Virus record (IMG/VR): IMGVR_UViG_3300031953_000056
Coordinates: 1 to 39,501 of that record
Length of the DNA stretch: 39,501 bases
Direction: 5' to 3' (one strand)
Origin: a virus
Lineage: Duplodnaviria; Caudoviricetes
A program made the translations under genes and the position numbers. Shown here piece after piece: positions 16,617 to 24,876 of this stretch (the first letter of the stretch is position 1; every line of letters begins with the position of its first letter). The notes under the pieces were generated by a model. It was not told the origin of the DNA and did not search any database. It worked only from the letters and a program-made list of their open reading frames with translations.

Positions 16617-17098
16617 GCGAAATAATCCTTTGCATCGGGGCCGAAAAGTGCTGTCTCTTGGTGGAGTTGCGGGCCGAGTCCGTCGCCGGATTCTGCTTCG
16701 TCGTCCTCTTCCGTCTCGTCTTCGATGTACTCAGCCCACGCCTCGTCCCACTCGTGTGATGGGCAGGCTGCCTTCACCGCTGCGGTCAGCTCAACGAGCG
16801 GAACGTCATCGTTGGTGTGAAAGCGGTACACCGAATCCACGAACTCGGTCAAGGCGGATTCGAGGGCGTCGTCGGCTTCCTGCATTACTTTTGATCTGAG
16901 CGCATCCGCACGGGACGGATTCTCCACACGGTACGAATGCCCGCGAGCAGTGACGCCCGTAGCTTCACCGGTCGGAGCCATGCTCTCAGCCGAGTGTGCA
17001 GACATCTGCTCTTTGGTATCCGCTACGAATCCGCACCCCTCGGTGAGACAGCGTGCGTAAGGAACGCCATCCTTCGGGTCGAAACGTGTGCCACTCAT
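16613..17098 (-). CDS. Hypothetical protein with C2H-type motif
   Basis: CLTEGC...H motif, acidic tail; coupled in operon. Confidence 0.65.
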   Translation of the reverse strand: MSGTRFDPKDGVPYARCLTEGCGFVADTKEQMSAHSAESMAPTGEATGVTARGHSYRVENPSRADALRSKVMQEADDALESALTEFVDSVYRFHTNDDVPLVELTAAVKAACPSHEWDEAWAEYIEDETEEDDEAESGDGLGPQLHQETALFGPDAKDYFA

Positions 17099-17520
17099 GC
17101 GGTCACCGCCGGCGCGAGTGCGACGATGTCAGAGGCGAGTATCCGGATAGCGGTCAAACCATCGGCACGTTCGATCCGCTGCCCGATATCCGAGCTGCTC
17201 TCGTCGTCAAACTCAACCTCAACAAACGTCGCGTAGGGTGGATCGTTCTCGTCGATGATGATGTTGATCGCCGCCGCCTGCCCTCCGACTCGGGTCTGGT
17301 CGCGGTCAGGTGCGATCGCTTCGAGGAGCGCGTAACGGTCCTCGAAGTAGCGGTAGAACGTCCCGATCGAACAGCCAGCAAGGAGCGCCACCTGTGCGGT
17401 CGTCAACCGGTCACGGCCAATCGCGGGGTTGTTGTACAGCTTGATAGCTGCCGTCTTGATTGCGTCGAGGCGAACCTGCGAACGTGTCTGCAGTGGCTTG
17501 TTGCGGAGGATGGCGCTCAT
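17095..17520 (-). CDS. TetR-family HTH fused to a short non-TetR domain
   Basis: PLQTRSQVRLDAIKTAA...LTTAQVALLAGCSIGTFYRYFEDRYALL. Confidence 0.8.
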   Translation of the reverse strand: MSAILRNKPLQTRSQVRLDAIKTAAIKLYNNPAIGRDRLTTAQVALLAGCSIGTFYRYFEDRYALLEAIAPDRDQTRVGGQAAAINIIIDENDPPYATFVEVEFDDESSSDIGQRIERADGLTAIRILASDIVALAPAVTA

Positions 17521-17933
17521 GCTGACACCGCCGAGGATTCAAAGAGCGGCTCCCAGAGCATGCGCATGTGCTCAGCCTTCGCGGTAAGCCATGCACGCAC
17601 GGCGGGTTCGTCGGCCTCCGTCACCTTGACGACGTGGCTGAACGGCTTGGCCTTGCGCTGCAGCATGTAGAAGAGATCGAGGTGATCACCGGGCATTTCA
17701 AAGTTCTCACCGGCTTCCTTCTCGACCGCGTAGTCGGTGGGGTCTGCGCGCTTCCAGTCCCAGCGGAACAGGAGGTTGTAGTCGTTGTCGCTTGCCCCCC
17801 AGGCTTCCGCGAAGTCAGCCCATGTTTCCCAGTTGGCGTGCACGTCATCCAGGTCTGTGCCGTTGGCGTAGTAGCAGCCTTCGGTGCAGTAGTAGGGGTG
17901 GTCAAACTCCCAGAGGTGCTTCGCGGCGCTCAT
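17517..17933 (-). CDS. Hypothetical Trp/Tyr-rich phage protein
   Basis: HPYYC..G, DYNLLFRWDW, LWEP; coupled in operon. Confidence 0.7.
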   Translation of the reverse strand: MSAAKHLWEFDHPYYCTEGCYYANGTDLDDVHANWETWADFAEAWGASDNDYNLLFRWDWKRADPTDYAVEKEAGENFEMPGDHLDLFYMLQRKAKPFSHVVKVTEADEPAVRAWLTAKAEHMRMLWEPLFESSAVSA

Positions 17934-19216
17934 TTTGCGACCTGCCCATCAGCGAGTTCGAGCACATCAATACCAGCGACAGAAGGCATGTCCGGACGTC
18001 CCCGGTCGATCAGGCCCGTGAAGTGTGCCTCGGTGAGCATCTCGTCAATCTTCGTGAGACTCGTCGGGTCAAGGGCATCACCGTTCTTGATGATGACCAG
18101 GCACAGCTCTTCATCTGAGTGCTCACCTGAGATCGCTACCGCAATGGCAGCAACTTCTCTGTCGGCAGCGTTCACGTTCACAAAGGGGGTGCCGTCGAGG
18201 AGCACGTATTCGTCATCGACAGACAGTCCCGGGTGCGGGAACGTCGCGAGTGCCAAGCCGTCGAACTTGGCTTTCTTCACCGTCTTGAGTTTCTCGTCAA
18301 GGGTGGTGTGCAGGGTGGCGGCGGCATCGTAGGCGGCTTTAGCGCGGGCATGCTCGGCCTTCGCACGAACTTTTGCGTTGACCTCTTCGACCTCACCGAG
18401 GCGGGTGCTGATCGCGGAAGTGTCGATGCGCTCCGGGCTGGCCTTGTACCCGGCTAGCAGATCGGCTGCGGTCTTCACTGCCATCTCGGCATGCGACCGT
18501 GCGTCTGCCAGAGCCTGCTCAGCGCGGACTACTTCTGCTTCGGCACGTTCCTGCGCCGACTGCGCGCGCTCAAGCTCGCTCATCTTCACATCGAGAGCAG
18601 CGTTGTGCTCGCGGGCCTTCTCGAACTCGGCAACGATGTCCGCAGCAGAAACCTCCACATCGGGGGTTTCCTTCGACGGCGGCACCAACTGGGAGAGCGC
18701 ACCCTCAAGGCGTGACTTCTCCCGGTTCGCATCCGTGCGCGCCTGTTCCACCCGCGACTGCTCAGCAGTCAACGCAGCCATATCGAAACCCTCAGGGAAG
18801 ATCGACTTCGACATGATCAGCTCGCGACGCGGCCCTTCATCCATCTCAAGGAACGCAGCGACATCCACAATCACAGTGCCGATACAGTCTTTCAGGATTG
18901 CGGTGCCGTTCTCGTGCTTCGCGCCGTCGAGGGCTCGCACTTCAACGGCTGACATTTTGCCGTTCTTCCACTTGCGGGTGAATGAGAGTCCGAGGTCGTG
19001 GTCGACGTAGGTTGCTTCGCCTTCGATCTGTCCTTCATGTACGGGGTCGGGTGCGCCCTTGATTGCTTTGTGGGCGAAGATGTGCCCGAAGGCGTTCACG
19101 AAGGAGGACTTCCCTGCACGGTTCTTGCCGGTGATGACGATGGTGTTGCTGTCGGTGCGGTGTGTGATTTCTCCACGGATGCCGTAGAGGTTGCGGACGG
19201 TGAGTTCTTTAGTCAT
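17930..19216 (-). CDS. SMC/Rad50-like AAA ATPase with coiled coil
   Basis: Walker A GKNRAGKSS; long central coiled coil; C-terminal ATPase half. Confidence 0.85.
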   Translation of the reverse strand: MTKELTVRNLYGIRGEITHRTDSNTIVITGKNRAGKSSFVNAFGHIFAHKAIKGAPDPVHEGQIEGEATYVDHDLGLSFTRKWKNGKMSAVEVRALDGAKHENGTAILKDCIGTVIVDVAAFLEMDEGPRRELIMSKSIFPEGFDMAALTAEQSRVEQARTDANREKSRLEGALSQLVPPSKETPDVEVSAADIVAEFEKAREHNAALDVKMSELERAQSAQERAEAEVVRAEQALADARSHAEMAVKTAADLLAGYKASPERIDTSAISTRLGEVEEVNAKVRAKAEHARAKAAYDAAATLHTTLDEKLKTVKKAKFDGLALATFPHPGLSVDDEYVLLDGTPFVNVNAADREVAAIAVAISGEHSDEELCLVIIKNGDALDPTSLTKIDEMLTEAHFTGLIDRGRPDMPSVAGIDVLELADGQVAK

Positions 19217-19374
19217 GGGAGGTGCCTTTCAATTTGGAGGGTGAGAACAGCGGTGCTGGCGATGACATAGATGGTCAGTACCAGCCACCAGAACCGGGGC
19301 ACCCATTTGGTGCGACGGCGGTGGGTGGAGGCGCGACGCAACTGTTGTGCGTCGATCCCCCACATGGTTTTCAT
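19213..19374 (-). CDS. 53-aa membrane micro-protein
   Basis: MKTMWGIDAQQLRRASTHRRRTKWVPRFWWLVLTIYVIASTAVLTLQIERHLP; TAATG and ATGA overlaps; not in ORF track. Confidence 0.6.
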   Translation of the reverse strand: MKTMWGIDAQQLRRASTHRRRTKWVPRFWWLVLTIYVIASTAVLTLQIERHLP

Positions 19375-19625
19375 TACGAAGCTGAGGAGCTGTAGTGCTC
19401 GAACCCGCAGTCAGGGCACACCCAATGGCCTGTGTCCGTCTCAGGGTCGAATGTTGCATCGACGTTTCCTGCGAACCCGCACGGGGCGGAGCATTCGCGC
19501 CGGATGATGTGATCAGTCACAAACTGGCCTGAGGATTCCATTGCTTGCTCCAGACGTTGAGGTTCTTGGCGCAGCACTTTTTCGCCCACCAAGATTTCGG
19601 TGATTTGCTGAATGGGAGTGGTCAC
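19374..19625 (-). CDS. Zn-ribbon hypothetical protein
   Basis: CSAPC...WVCPDCGFEH. Confidence 0.65.
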   Translation of the reverse strand: MTTPIQQITEILVGEKVLRQEPQRLEQAMESSGQFVTDHIIRRECSAPCGFAGNVDATFDPETDTGHWVCPDCGFEHYSSSAS

Positions 19626-19783
19626 CAGAGCACCCCTGTGATGAGGAGTGCAAACCCTGCCGAGACGGCCACGTTCAGACCGAGCAGGATGGTGCCCACA
19701 AGAAGCACTGGTGCGAGACGGTAGTAACCTCTTGGTGCTGGGGTGAACTCACCGTGATCGCAGGTGTACATGCGGCGGCTCAT
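19622..19783 (-). CDS. Small membrane protein
   Basis: Start MSRRMY after GGAGG; C-terminal hydrophobic helix. Confidence 0.6.
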   Translation of the reverse strand: MSRRMYTCDHGEFTPAPRGYYRLAPVLLVGTILLGLNVAVSAGFALLITGVLW

Positions 19784-19923
19784 GAGCGGGCCTCCCGTGC
19801 AGCACGATCCCGGCGAACCTTCGCGCGCCGTGACGACACCAGCGCTGCGACCGTGACTGTGGACAGAATCGCTAACCAACCGGCCAACTCGGACACGGTT
19901 TGAGCGAGCATTTCGGGGGTCAC
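19780..19923 (-). CDS. 47-aa membrane micro-protein
   Basis: MTPEMLAQTVSELAGWLAILSTVTVAALVSSRRAKVRRDRAAREARS; GTGA and ATGA overlaps; not in ORF track. Confidence 0.55.
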   Translation of the reverse strand: MTPEMLAQTVSELAGWLAILSTVTVAALVSSRRAKVRRDRAAREARS

Positions 19924-20177
19924 AGTCCCAGCCCCTCACGTATGAGTTCCTGAGCACGTTCGCGCCGAGCGTTGCCAGCGGCATAGCTACTCATGTCCCA
20001 CGGCCCGGGGTTCTTCTCGGCCTCGGCAAACTGAGCGTCGATGAGTGCCACATATGCGATCAGGTTGGCGGTGTGCTGCCGATCGGCTTGGAGCATGGCC
20101 GCGTGGTATTGGGCGATGTCGTACTTTCCGGCGGATGCCGCAGCTTCCGCTTCTGCGCGGTGATCGATGGCGCTCAT
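19920..20177 (-). CDS. Hypothetical protein
   Basis: IDHRAEAE...TANLIA motif; coupled in operon. Confidence 0.65.
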   Translation of the reverse strand: MSAIDHRAEAEAAASAGKYDIAQYHAAMLQADRQHTANLIAYVALIDAQFAEAEKNPGPWDMSSYAAGNARRERAQELIREGLGL

Positions 20178-21016
20178 GCCCGTACCTTCCGGCGAAGCAG
20201 GAACCCGCCCACTGCCAACAGCAGCGATGCGATACCGGCAGGGATAAGAGGTGAACTGCCCGTACGAGCAAGCTCGGCAGAAACCGGAACAGTCGGCAGT
20301 TGAATATCTGTGGGCACATCAACAACAGGAGGCTCAACAGGTGTTTCAGGCTCTTCAACAACAGGGCACACATTCGCGGCGACCTCTTCTGAAGTCAACT
20401 GGCGAACACTGTCCTCCGTGGTCGTGACCGTTTCGCCCTCAACATACGAGTTCGATTTCTCGTCGTAGATGTACGAGGTCGTGAACACTTCACGTTTCGT
20501 CGCAACCTCAGTCGCGCCACACACGATCGATGCTTCCTGCCACTCACCAAACTTCACAACAGGTTCTTTAGGGTCAGGCTTCGGGACAGCACAGGTGCCG
20601 TCGAGCTTGTAACGCAACTGCCCATCCGAACCAAACGAGTTCTTCGTTTCAGGTGCAGCAAACGTCGTGTACGCATAGACCCACGGGCCCGCACCAGTTG
20701 TTGCCCCAGGCAGTGAGAAACCGGGCAACGAATACACACCGTCACCAGCAATCTCAGTAACGAACCCCATACCCTTATCCGACTTGGGTGTGCCGTCGAA
20801 CTTGTCCGACCCCACACGAGCGGCAACCTTGCCGGCCTTATCGCCCGATCGTGAAACCGTCAGTGTCGCGGTGAAGTCGTACTGGCCCGTTGCCGTATTG
20901 CAGACAGCCTGCACGTTCATATCGCCCGTGTGAGCGGATGCCGGGGCGGCAATACCTACAGTCAGACCTGCAGCAAGCGCCACAGTCGCGACCGATGAGA
21001 GAACCTTCGTGTTCAT
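20174..21016 (-). CDS. Sortase-anchored surface protein (LAxTG type)
   Basis: Signal peptide ending APASA-H, Pro/Glu/Val linker, LARTG + hydrophobic helix + RRKVRA. Confidence 0.85.
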   Translation of the reverse strand: MNTKVLSSVATVALAAGLTVGIAAPASAHTGDMNVQAVCNTATGQYDFTATLTVSRSGDKAGKVAARVGSDKFDGTPKSDKGMGFVTEIAGDGVYSLPGFSLPGATTGAGPWVYAYTTFAAPETKNSFGSDGQLRYKLDGTCAVPKPDPKEPVVKFGEWQEASIVCGATEVATKREVFTTSYIYDEKSNSYVEGETVTTTEDSVRQLTSEEVAANVCPVVEEPETPVEPPVVDVPTDIQLPTVPVSAELARTGSSPLIPAGIASLLLAVGGFLLRRKVRA

Positions 21017-21369
21017 GCTGCTTCCTTCTCTACGAGGCCCCACACGACTGCGCGGCGACCATTCGGGGTGGTACGGGAGTCACCGGAATTGGTGATCTTT
21101 CCCTGACGGACCAGAGCGGCCCTAGCGGTACGGAGACGCTGCCCCGTGAACCGAACATCACGGCGGCGTGCGGCGGCTTCGATCTCGTGATCGGCAAGCG
21201 GCCCGACGTTGTGAAGCAAGGACAGAACCCACCCGATCGAACGAGTGACGTCATTGCTGTCCGCAGCCTCATGGGAGGTGATCGGGTCAGTGCGCCTAGC
21301 CCTAGGACTGTCTTCACCGAATGTGGAATGAACAGGCGGGGTGAGTTCCGCTACTGTGGTGGTTGACAT
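21013..21369 (-). CDS. Winged-helix DNA-binding protein
   Basis: ARRTDP.TSHEAA...L.D.E...R...LV..G.I...G...R.T..GR.A.VW pattern; GAAAGG SD. Confidence 0.7.
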   Translation of the reverse strand: MSTTTVAELTPPVHSTFGEDSPRARRTDPITSHEAADSNDVTRSIGWVLSLLHNVGPLADHEIEAAARRRDVRFTGQRLRTARAALVRQGKITNSGDSRTTPNGRRAVVWGLVEKEAA

Positions 21370-21388
21370 TGATTTACCTTTCGTGTCA

Positions 21389-21420
21389 AGGCCCCGGGTG
21401 CAACCGGGGCTTTTCCTTTT
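21389..21420. terminator. GC hairpin/terminator between xis and the early operon
   Basis: AGGCCCCGG-GTGCAA-CCGGGGCTT followed by TTCCTTTT on plus. Confidence 0.6.
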
Positions 21421-21434
21421 GGTGGAGTGATTGG

Positions 21435-21635
21435 TTACGTTTTCCAGCCGAAAGTGCGTGCGTCAATAAACGCCTGCAAAACATCGGCACGAATGCGCTG
21501 CTTCGGACGCCCTGAGCCGAGCTCAGTCACAGCTAGATCGCCGTTATGGATTCGGTCGTAGATGTAGTCCGGTGAAACTTCGAGTTGAGTCGCGGCAGAA
21601 GCAACCGAGTACAGACGCACCGCTTCGACGGTCAT
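21435..21635 (-). CDS. xis: Excisionase (MerR-like HTH_17)
   Basis: LYSVASAATQLEVSPDYIYDRIHNGDL...RIR..L.AFI. Confidence 0.8.
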   Translation of the reverse strand: MTVEAVRLYSVASAATQLEVSPDYIYDRIHNGDLAVTELGSGRPKQRIRADVLQAFIDARTFGWKT

Positions 21636-21940
21636 GACGCTCTCTCGACCAGCTGAGGGCGAGGCTCTGTGGCCACATCGAACAACGACTCAAGAGCCAC
21701 ATGAGGAAAAGCAATCTTCAACCGCGCAATGAAACCGTTCGACGGAACCGACTCACGGTTTGTGATTCGCCACAACGTTGCAGGAGAGACTCCGATGATC
21801 TTCGCGAGCTCGGCCTCAGTCGTTATGCTGTTCGCTTTGCGAAGTTCATCGAGCTTGGCCCGGTTCAACTCAAGCCTTGGCTCGATTGCAGTAACGCCTT
21901 TGGATTCCATGACTGCAAGAATACGCGCACGGTCTGACAT
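21632..21940 (-). CDS. Cro-like XRE HTH regulator
   Basis: EAELAKIIGVSPATLWRI; divergent from the repressor. Confidence 0.85.
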   Translation of the reverse strand: MSDRARILAVMESKGVTAIEPRLELNRAKLDELRKANSITTEAELAKIIGVSPATLWRITNRESVPSNGFIARLKIAFPHVALESLFDVATEPRPQLVERAS

Positions 21941-22057
21941 TGCAAGGAGATTTCATAACTGCAATCGGCGTGTCGTGGCTCATTCCCCGCAAATTGGGCA
22001 ATGAAGCAATGAAAAGTCATTGCATGCGTGCAACACTTGCGGTTAATATGGTGCAAC
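21941..22057. promoter_or_regulatory. Divergent immunity promoters/operators
   Basis: AT-richer gap; TTGCAT-N18-TAATAT just before GTG 22058; palindrome TTGCA-TGCG-TGCAA 22020-22033; repeated GCAAT/ATTGC half-sites. Confidence 0.55.
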
Positions 22058-22552
22058 GTGAGCACAAAAAATTCATGGGGACTGTACCTGCGAGCGATCA
22101 CGGTCGGCGACGCAGGTAACTTGATCTCCCAAAAGACCGGAGTACCGGCTTCAACAATCAGCAGATGGTTCAAGGCGGAGTTGCAGCCCAAACCACGACA
22201 GGTCGCCAACGTCGCTCGCGCATACGGGGTGAACCCGATCAGCGCACTCATTGCCGCGGGCTATTTGGAGCCAGATGACGTGGACCTAAGCGCAATGGCT
22301 CCGCGCCTTTTGCAGATTCAAGAGTTCACAGAACTTGAACTGGCACAAGAAATCGTGAGGCGAATCGAAGAGGGGGAGTCGACAATGCTTGAGACTCCTG
22401 TTGGACCCGACCACGCTGTCTGGGGAGCTCGAAGCAATGTCACACCTATACAGAAGGCTGTGATGACTGAGGATGAAGCACTCGAACTGGGTGCTGTGGC
22501 TGACACTGGCGTGAAGGAAGTGCATGAGTTCGACGATGGGGACGAAGTATGA
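22058..22552 (+). CDS. Immunity repressor (XRE HTH)
   Basis: ISQKTGVPASTISRWFKAELQP..RQVANVARAYG; upstream of ImmA and int; probable near-leaderless GTG start. Confidence 0.85.
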   Translation: MSTKNSWGLYLRAITVGDAGNLISQKTGVPASTISRWFKAELQPKPRQVANVARAYGVNPISALIAAGYLEPDDVDLSAMAPRLLQIQEFTELELAQEIVRRIEEGESTMLETPVGPDHAVWGARSNVTPIQKAVMTEDEALELGAVADTGVKEVHEFDDGDEV

Positions 22553-22913
22553 CTCCCACGAACACGCCGAGAACCTCGGACTTCAAGTCGAGTACCAGCG
22601 TCTCAACACTGGTCACGGACTCTATGTTCCGGGCCGCGACCTCATTCTGCTCAGACCGCGCATGACCGCCGCCACAGAGCGCTCAGTGCTCGCGCACGAG
22701 ATTTTGCACCATCTGCACGACGACCGCCGCACTACCGGAGTGTGGTCGCTCAGGCAGGAACGCCGTGCAGACGAAGGTGCGGCACTAAATCTGATCACTC
22801 CTGAGCAATGGAAAGACGTGACAGCCTGGTCGAAAGATCCACGCGAGTGGGCCATAGAGCTGCGTGTTACCGCAGAGATTCTTCTCGCTTACATGAAGGT
22901 AGCGCGCATATGA
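22536..22913 (+). CDS. ImmA/IrrE-family metalloprotease (anti-repressor)
   Basis: ERSVLAHEILH (HExxH) and ERRAD..A motifs; start 22536 or 22524. Confidence 0.85.
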   Translation: MGTKYDSHEHAENLGLQVEYQRLNTGHGLYVPGRDLILLRPRMTAATERSVLAHEILHHLHDDRRTTGVWSLRQERRADEGAALNLITPEQWKDVTAWSKDPREWAIELRVTAEILLAYMKVARI

Positions 22914-24112
22914 GCCGTGCAGCGAAGGGTGAGGGCTCTGCGTTCAAAGCGGCCGGCGGCTATCGCGGATATGTGACAGTCAATGGCAAACGCAAATACT
23001 TCTCTGCAAAAACAAAAGCGGAAGCTGCGCAGAAAAAGCGTGAACTGCTGAACCGCCGTGATGATGGGCGTCTTGTCGCCGGGAAAGTGCCGACCCTAAC
23101 TCAGTGGATGAACCACTGGCTCGACAACGTTGCGAAGGTTCGCCCGACGACTTACGCCATGCACAAGTGGGTTATCGACGAGAAGATCACCCCCGAGCTA
23201 GGCGGCATCCGCATCGATGCTTTGACAGCGGAACGCATCGAGCAATGGGTTTCTGACCTTAGCGTGAAACCTTCCTCCCAGCGGCGTTACCTCGCGCCGA
23301 TGAAAGCAGCATTGAACGTTGCGTTCCTGCGTGGTCACCTGACCTTCAACCCAGCAACGCGCGTCGAACTCGAAGCACAGAGCAAACCGAATACCTCGGC
23401 GTACTCCCGCGAAGACCGCGACGCAATCCTGAAAGCCGCGACCGGATACAACCGGGCACGATGGCACGTAGCGCTGAAAATCGGTCTCCGTCCAGCGGAA
23501 GCGCTCGGCCTCACGTGGCCCGACTTCGACCCCAAGAACGGCACACTCGCGATCCGCAACCAGATACTGCGCGCCACAGGCAAGGGTCTCTATCTACAGC
23601 CAGCACCAAAGACGGACGCGGGGGAGCGGCGTATTCGCCTGCCGAAGTCACTCGTCACGATGTTGGTCGAGCACAAGACGGAGCAGCTGCTCCTGCGCGC
23701 TGAGCTCGGCGACGAATGGATTGGGTGGGAGTTTGAGGGCAAACCTGTTGCCTTGATTTTCTCCCAGCTCAACGGTCGCCCGATCGGCGCTCACACCGAT
23801 ACAAACGCGTGGCGCAAGCTCCTGACTGCCGCGGGTCTATCAGAGGTGCGTCGATACAAGTCGCGGCACACCGCCGCAACGCACATGATTCAAGACTCAG
23901 GGGGCGACGTCGCTGTCGTCGCGAAGAACCTCGGGCATGCCGATGCAGGGTTCACATATAGAACCTACGTGCATCCGCTCGAAGCACGCGAAGCGGCTTT
24001 AGCTGAAGCGATGGATGCACCCTATGCTGCACCCTATGACAGCCCAATTGAGCGAAGTGCAGCGAAAATAGATCGGCATGTACCCCAGAAATCAGGGCAA
24101 AAGCTGTCCTAG
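22910..24112 (+). CDS. int: Tyrosine integrase
   Basis: GLRPAEALGL, PKT, YKSRH, LGH, TY; ATGA overlap with immA gives start 22910. Confidence 0.95.
   Translation: MSRAAKGEGSAFKAAGGYRGYVTVNGKRKYFSAKTKAEAAQKKRELLNRRDDGRLVAGKVPTLTQWMNHWLDNVAKVRPTTYAMHKWVIDEKITPELGGIRIDALTAERIEQWVSDLSVKPSSQRRYLAPMKAALNVAFLRGHLTFNPATRVELEAQSKPNTSAYSREDRDAILKAATGYNRARWHVALKIGLRPAEALGLTWPDFDPKNGTLAIRNQILRATGKGLYLQPAPKTDAGERRIRLPKSLVTMLVEHKTEQLLLRAELGDEWIGWEFEGKPVALIFSQLNGRPIGAHTDTNAWRKLLTAAGLSEVRRYKSRHTAATHMIQDSGGDVAVVAKNLGHADAGFTYRTYVHPLEAREAALAEAMDAPYAAPYDSPIERSAAKIDRHVPQKSGQKLS
24016..24039 (+). repeat. Integrase arm-type sites (2 x TGCACCCTATG) inside the int 3' end
   Basis: Tandem 12-mers nearly identical to the three copies at 24236-24270. 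Confidence 0.8.
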
Positions 24113-24141
24113 ACGATGTCCAGCGTAGCTACTTGCTCTCT

Positions 24142-24186
24142 CTCGTAATGAGAAGGTCGTCAGTTCGATTCTGACAGGCGGCTCCA
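24142..24186 (+). other. attP common core: 3' half of tRNA-Thr(CGT)
   Basis: Anticodon loop CTCGTAA, T-arm GTCAG-TTCGATT-CTGAC, acceptor 3' strand AGGCGGC-T-CCA; no 5' half upstream. Confidence 0.9.
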
Positions 24187-24193
24187 TATAAAC

Positions 24194-24228
24194 ACTGGGG
24201 AGTAGCCACTACGGCTGCTCCCCAGTTT
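24194..24228 (+). terminator. Terminator after int / the reconstituted tRNA
   Basis: ACTGGGGAGTAGCC-ACTAC-GGCTGCTCCCCAGT-TT. Confidence 0.75.
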
Positions 24229-24235
24229 CACGCCC

Positions 24236-24270
24236 TGCACCTTATCGTGCACCTTATCGTGCACCTTATG
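24236..24270 (+). repeat. Integrase arm-type sites (3 x TGCACCTTAT)
   Basis: Three tandem copies with 12-bp period on the other side of the core. Confidence 0.8.
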
Positions 24271-24306
24271 GGGACAGTGCGACCCGCGGAACTGCGCGGT
24301 TCGCGC

Positions 24307-24561
24307 CTATGGGCGCCGCGCGGAATCGGCGCGGGTGATGACGTCGACAAGGTCGAGCGCGAGTGCCATGCAGATGCGGTCGAGCTCGTCGATGGTCAGC
24401 GCACGCTCGGCGCGGAGAAGTTTCGACAGCTGCGACTGGGAGATTCCCACGACTTCTCCGAGTTCCGTCTGACCAATGCCGGCGTCCCCGAGGGTGTCGC
24501 TGAGGATGTTCGCGATTGCGCGCGACAACGGCCCAGGCGGGCGTCTGGTTCCGGAAGGCAT
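24307..24561 (-). CDS. XRE-family HTH regulator
   Basis: GQTELGEVVGISQSQLSKLLRAERALTIDELDRIC; TAGTTT 6 nt before ATG (leaderless). Confidence 0.85.
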   Translation of the reverse strand: MPSGTRRPPGPLSRAIANILSDTLGDAGIGQTELGEVVGISQSQLSKLLRAERALTIDELDRICMALALDLVDVITRADSARRP

Positions 24562-24600
24562 CGATTGAAACTATCGCCAAACGTGAGGCTCTTCTGAATC

Positions 24601-24616
24601 TAGTTCGGATGAACTA
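24601..24616. promoter_or_regulatory. Palindromic operator TAGTTC-GGAT-GAACTA
   Basis: Perfect 6-4-6 inverted repeat overlapping the TAATAT -10 of the rightward gene. Confidence 0.65.
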
Positions 24617-24626
24617 ATATTGCTGC

Positions 24627-24842
24627 ATGGAGCGACGACGTCGCGATCAGGTGGCGAGCGCGGTAAAAGCCGAACTCGCCCTGCAAGGCGTGTCGCCCGA
24701 ACGGTTAGCCGAGTTGATTTCAATTCCAATGTCAGCGCTGGATCATATGCTCAGCGGCGAAGCAGACATGGAACTCGAAGACCTCGACGCGATCGCCATC
24801 GCCCTCGGGGTTTCCGTTGTCTCATTTCTGGACGCGGGCTAG
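24627..24842 (+). CDS. XRE-family HTH regulator
   Basis: SPERLAELISIPMSALDHMLSGEADMELEDLDAIAIALGV; TAATAT 6 nt before ATG. Confidence 0.8.
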   Translation: MERRRRDQVASAVKAELALQGVSPERLAELISIPMSALDHMLSGEADMELEDLDAIAIALGVSVVSFLDAG

Positions 24843-24876
24843 GTGCAGGCTGGTGCATCGTTTTCAAGGGGGATAC

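Noticed and set aside
18060-18180. Inactive ATPase because of an atypical Walker B (LVIIKNG)
   Set aside because: Phage SMC-like ATPases often diverge here; cannot be called without an alignment.
24110-24186. Intact tRNA-Thr gene
   Set aside because: No 5' acceptor strand (GCCGCCT) or D-arm upstream, and a T-T mismatch in the anticodon stem; it is the att core.
24236-24270. CRISPR-like repeats
   Set aside because: 12-bp tandem units with no spacers and no cas genes; they match copies across the att core, so arm-type sites.
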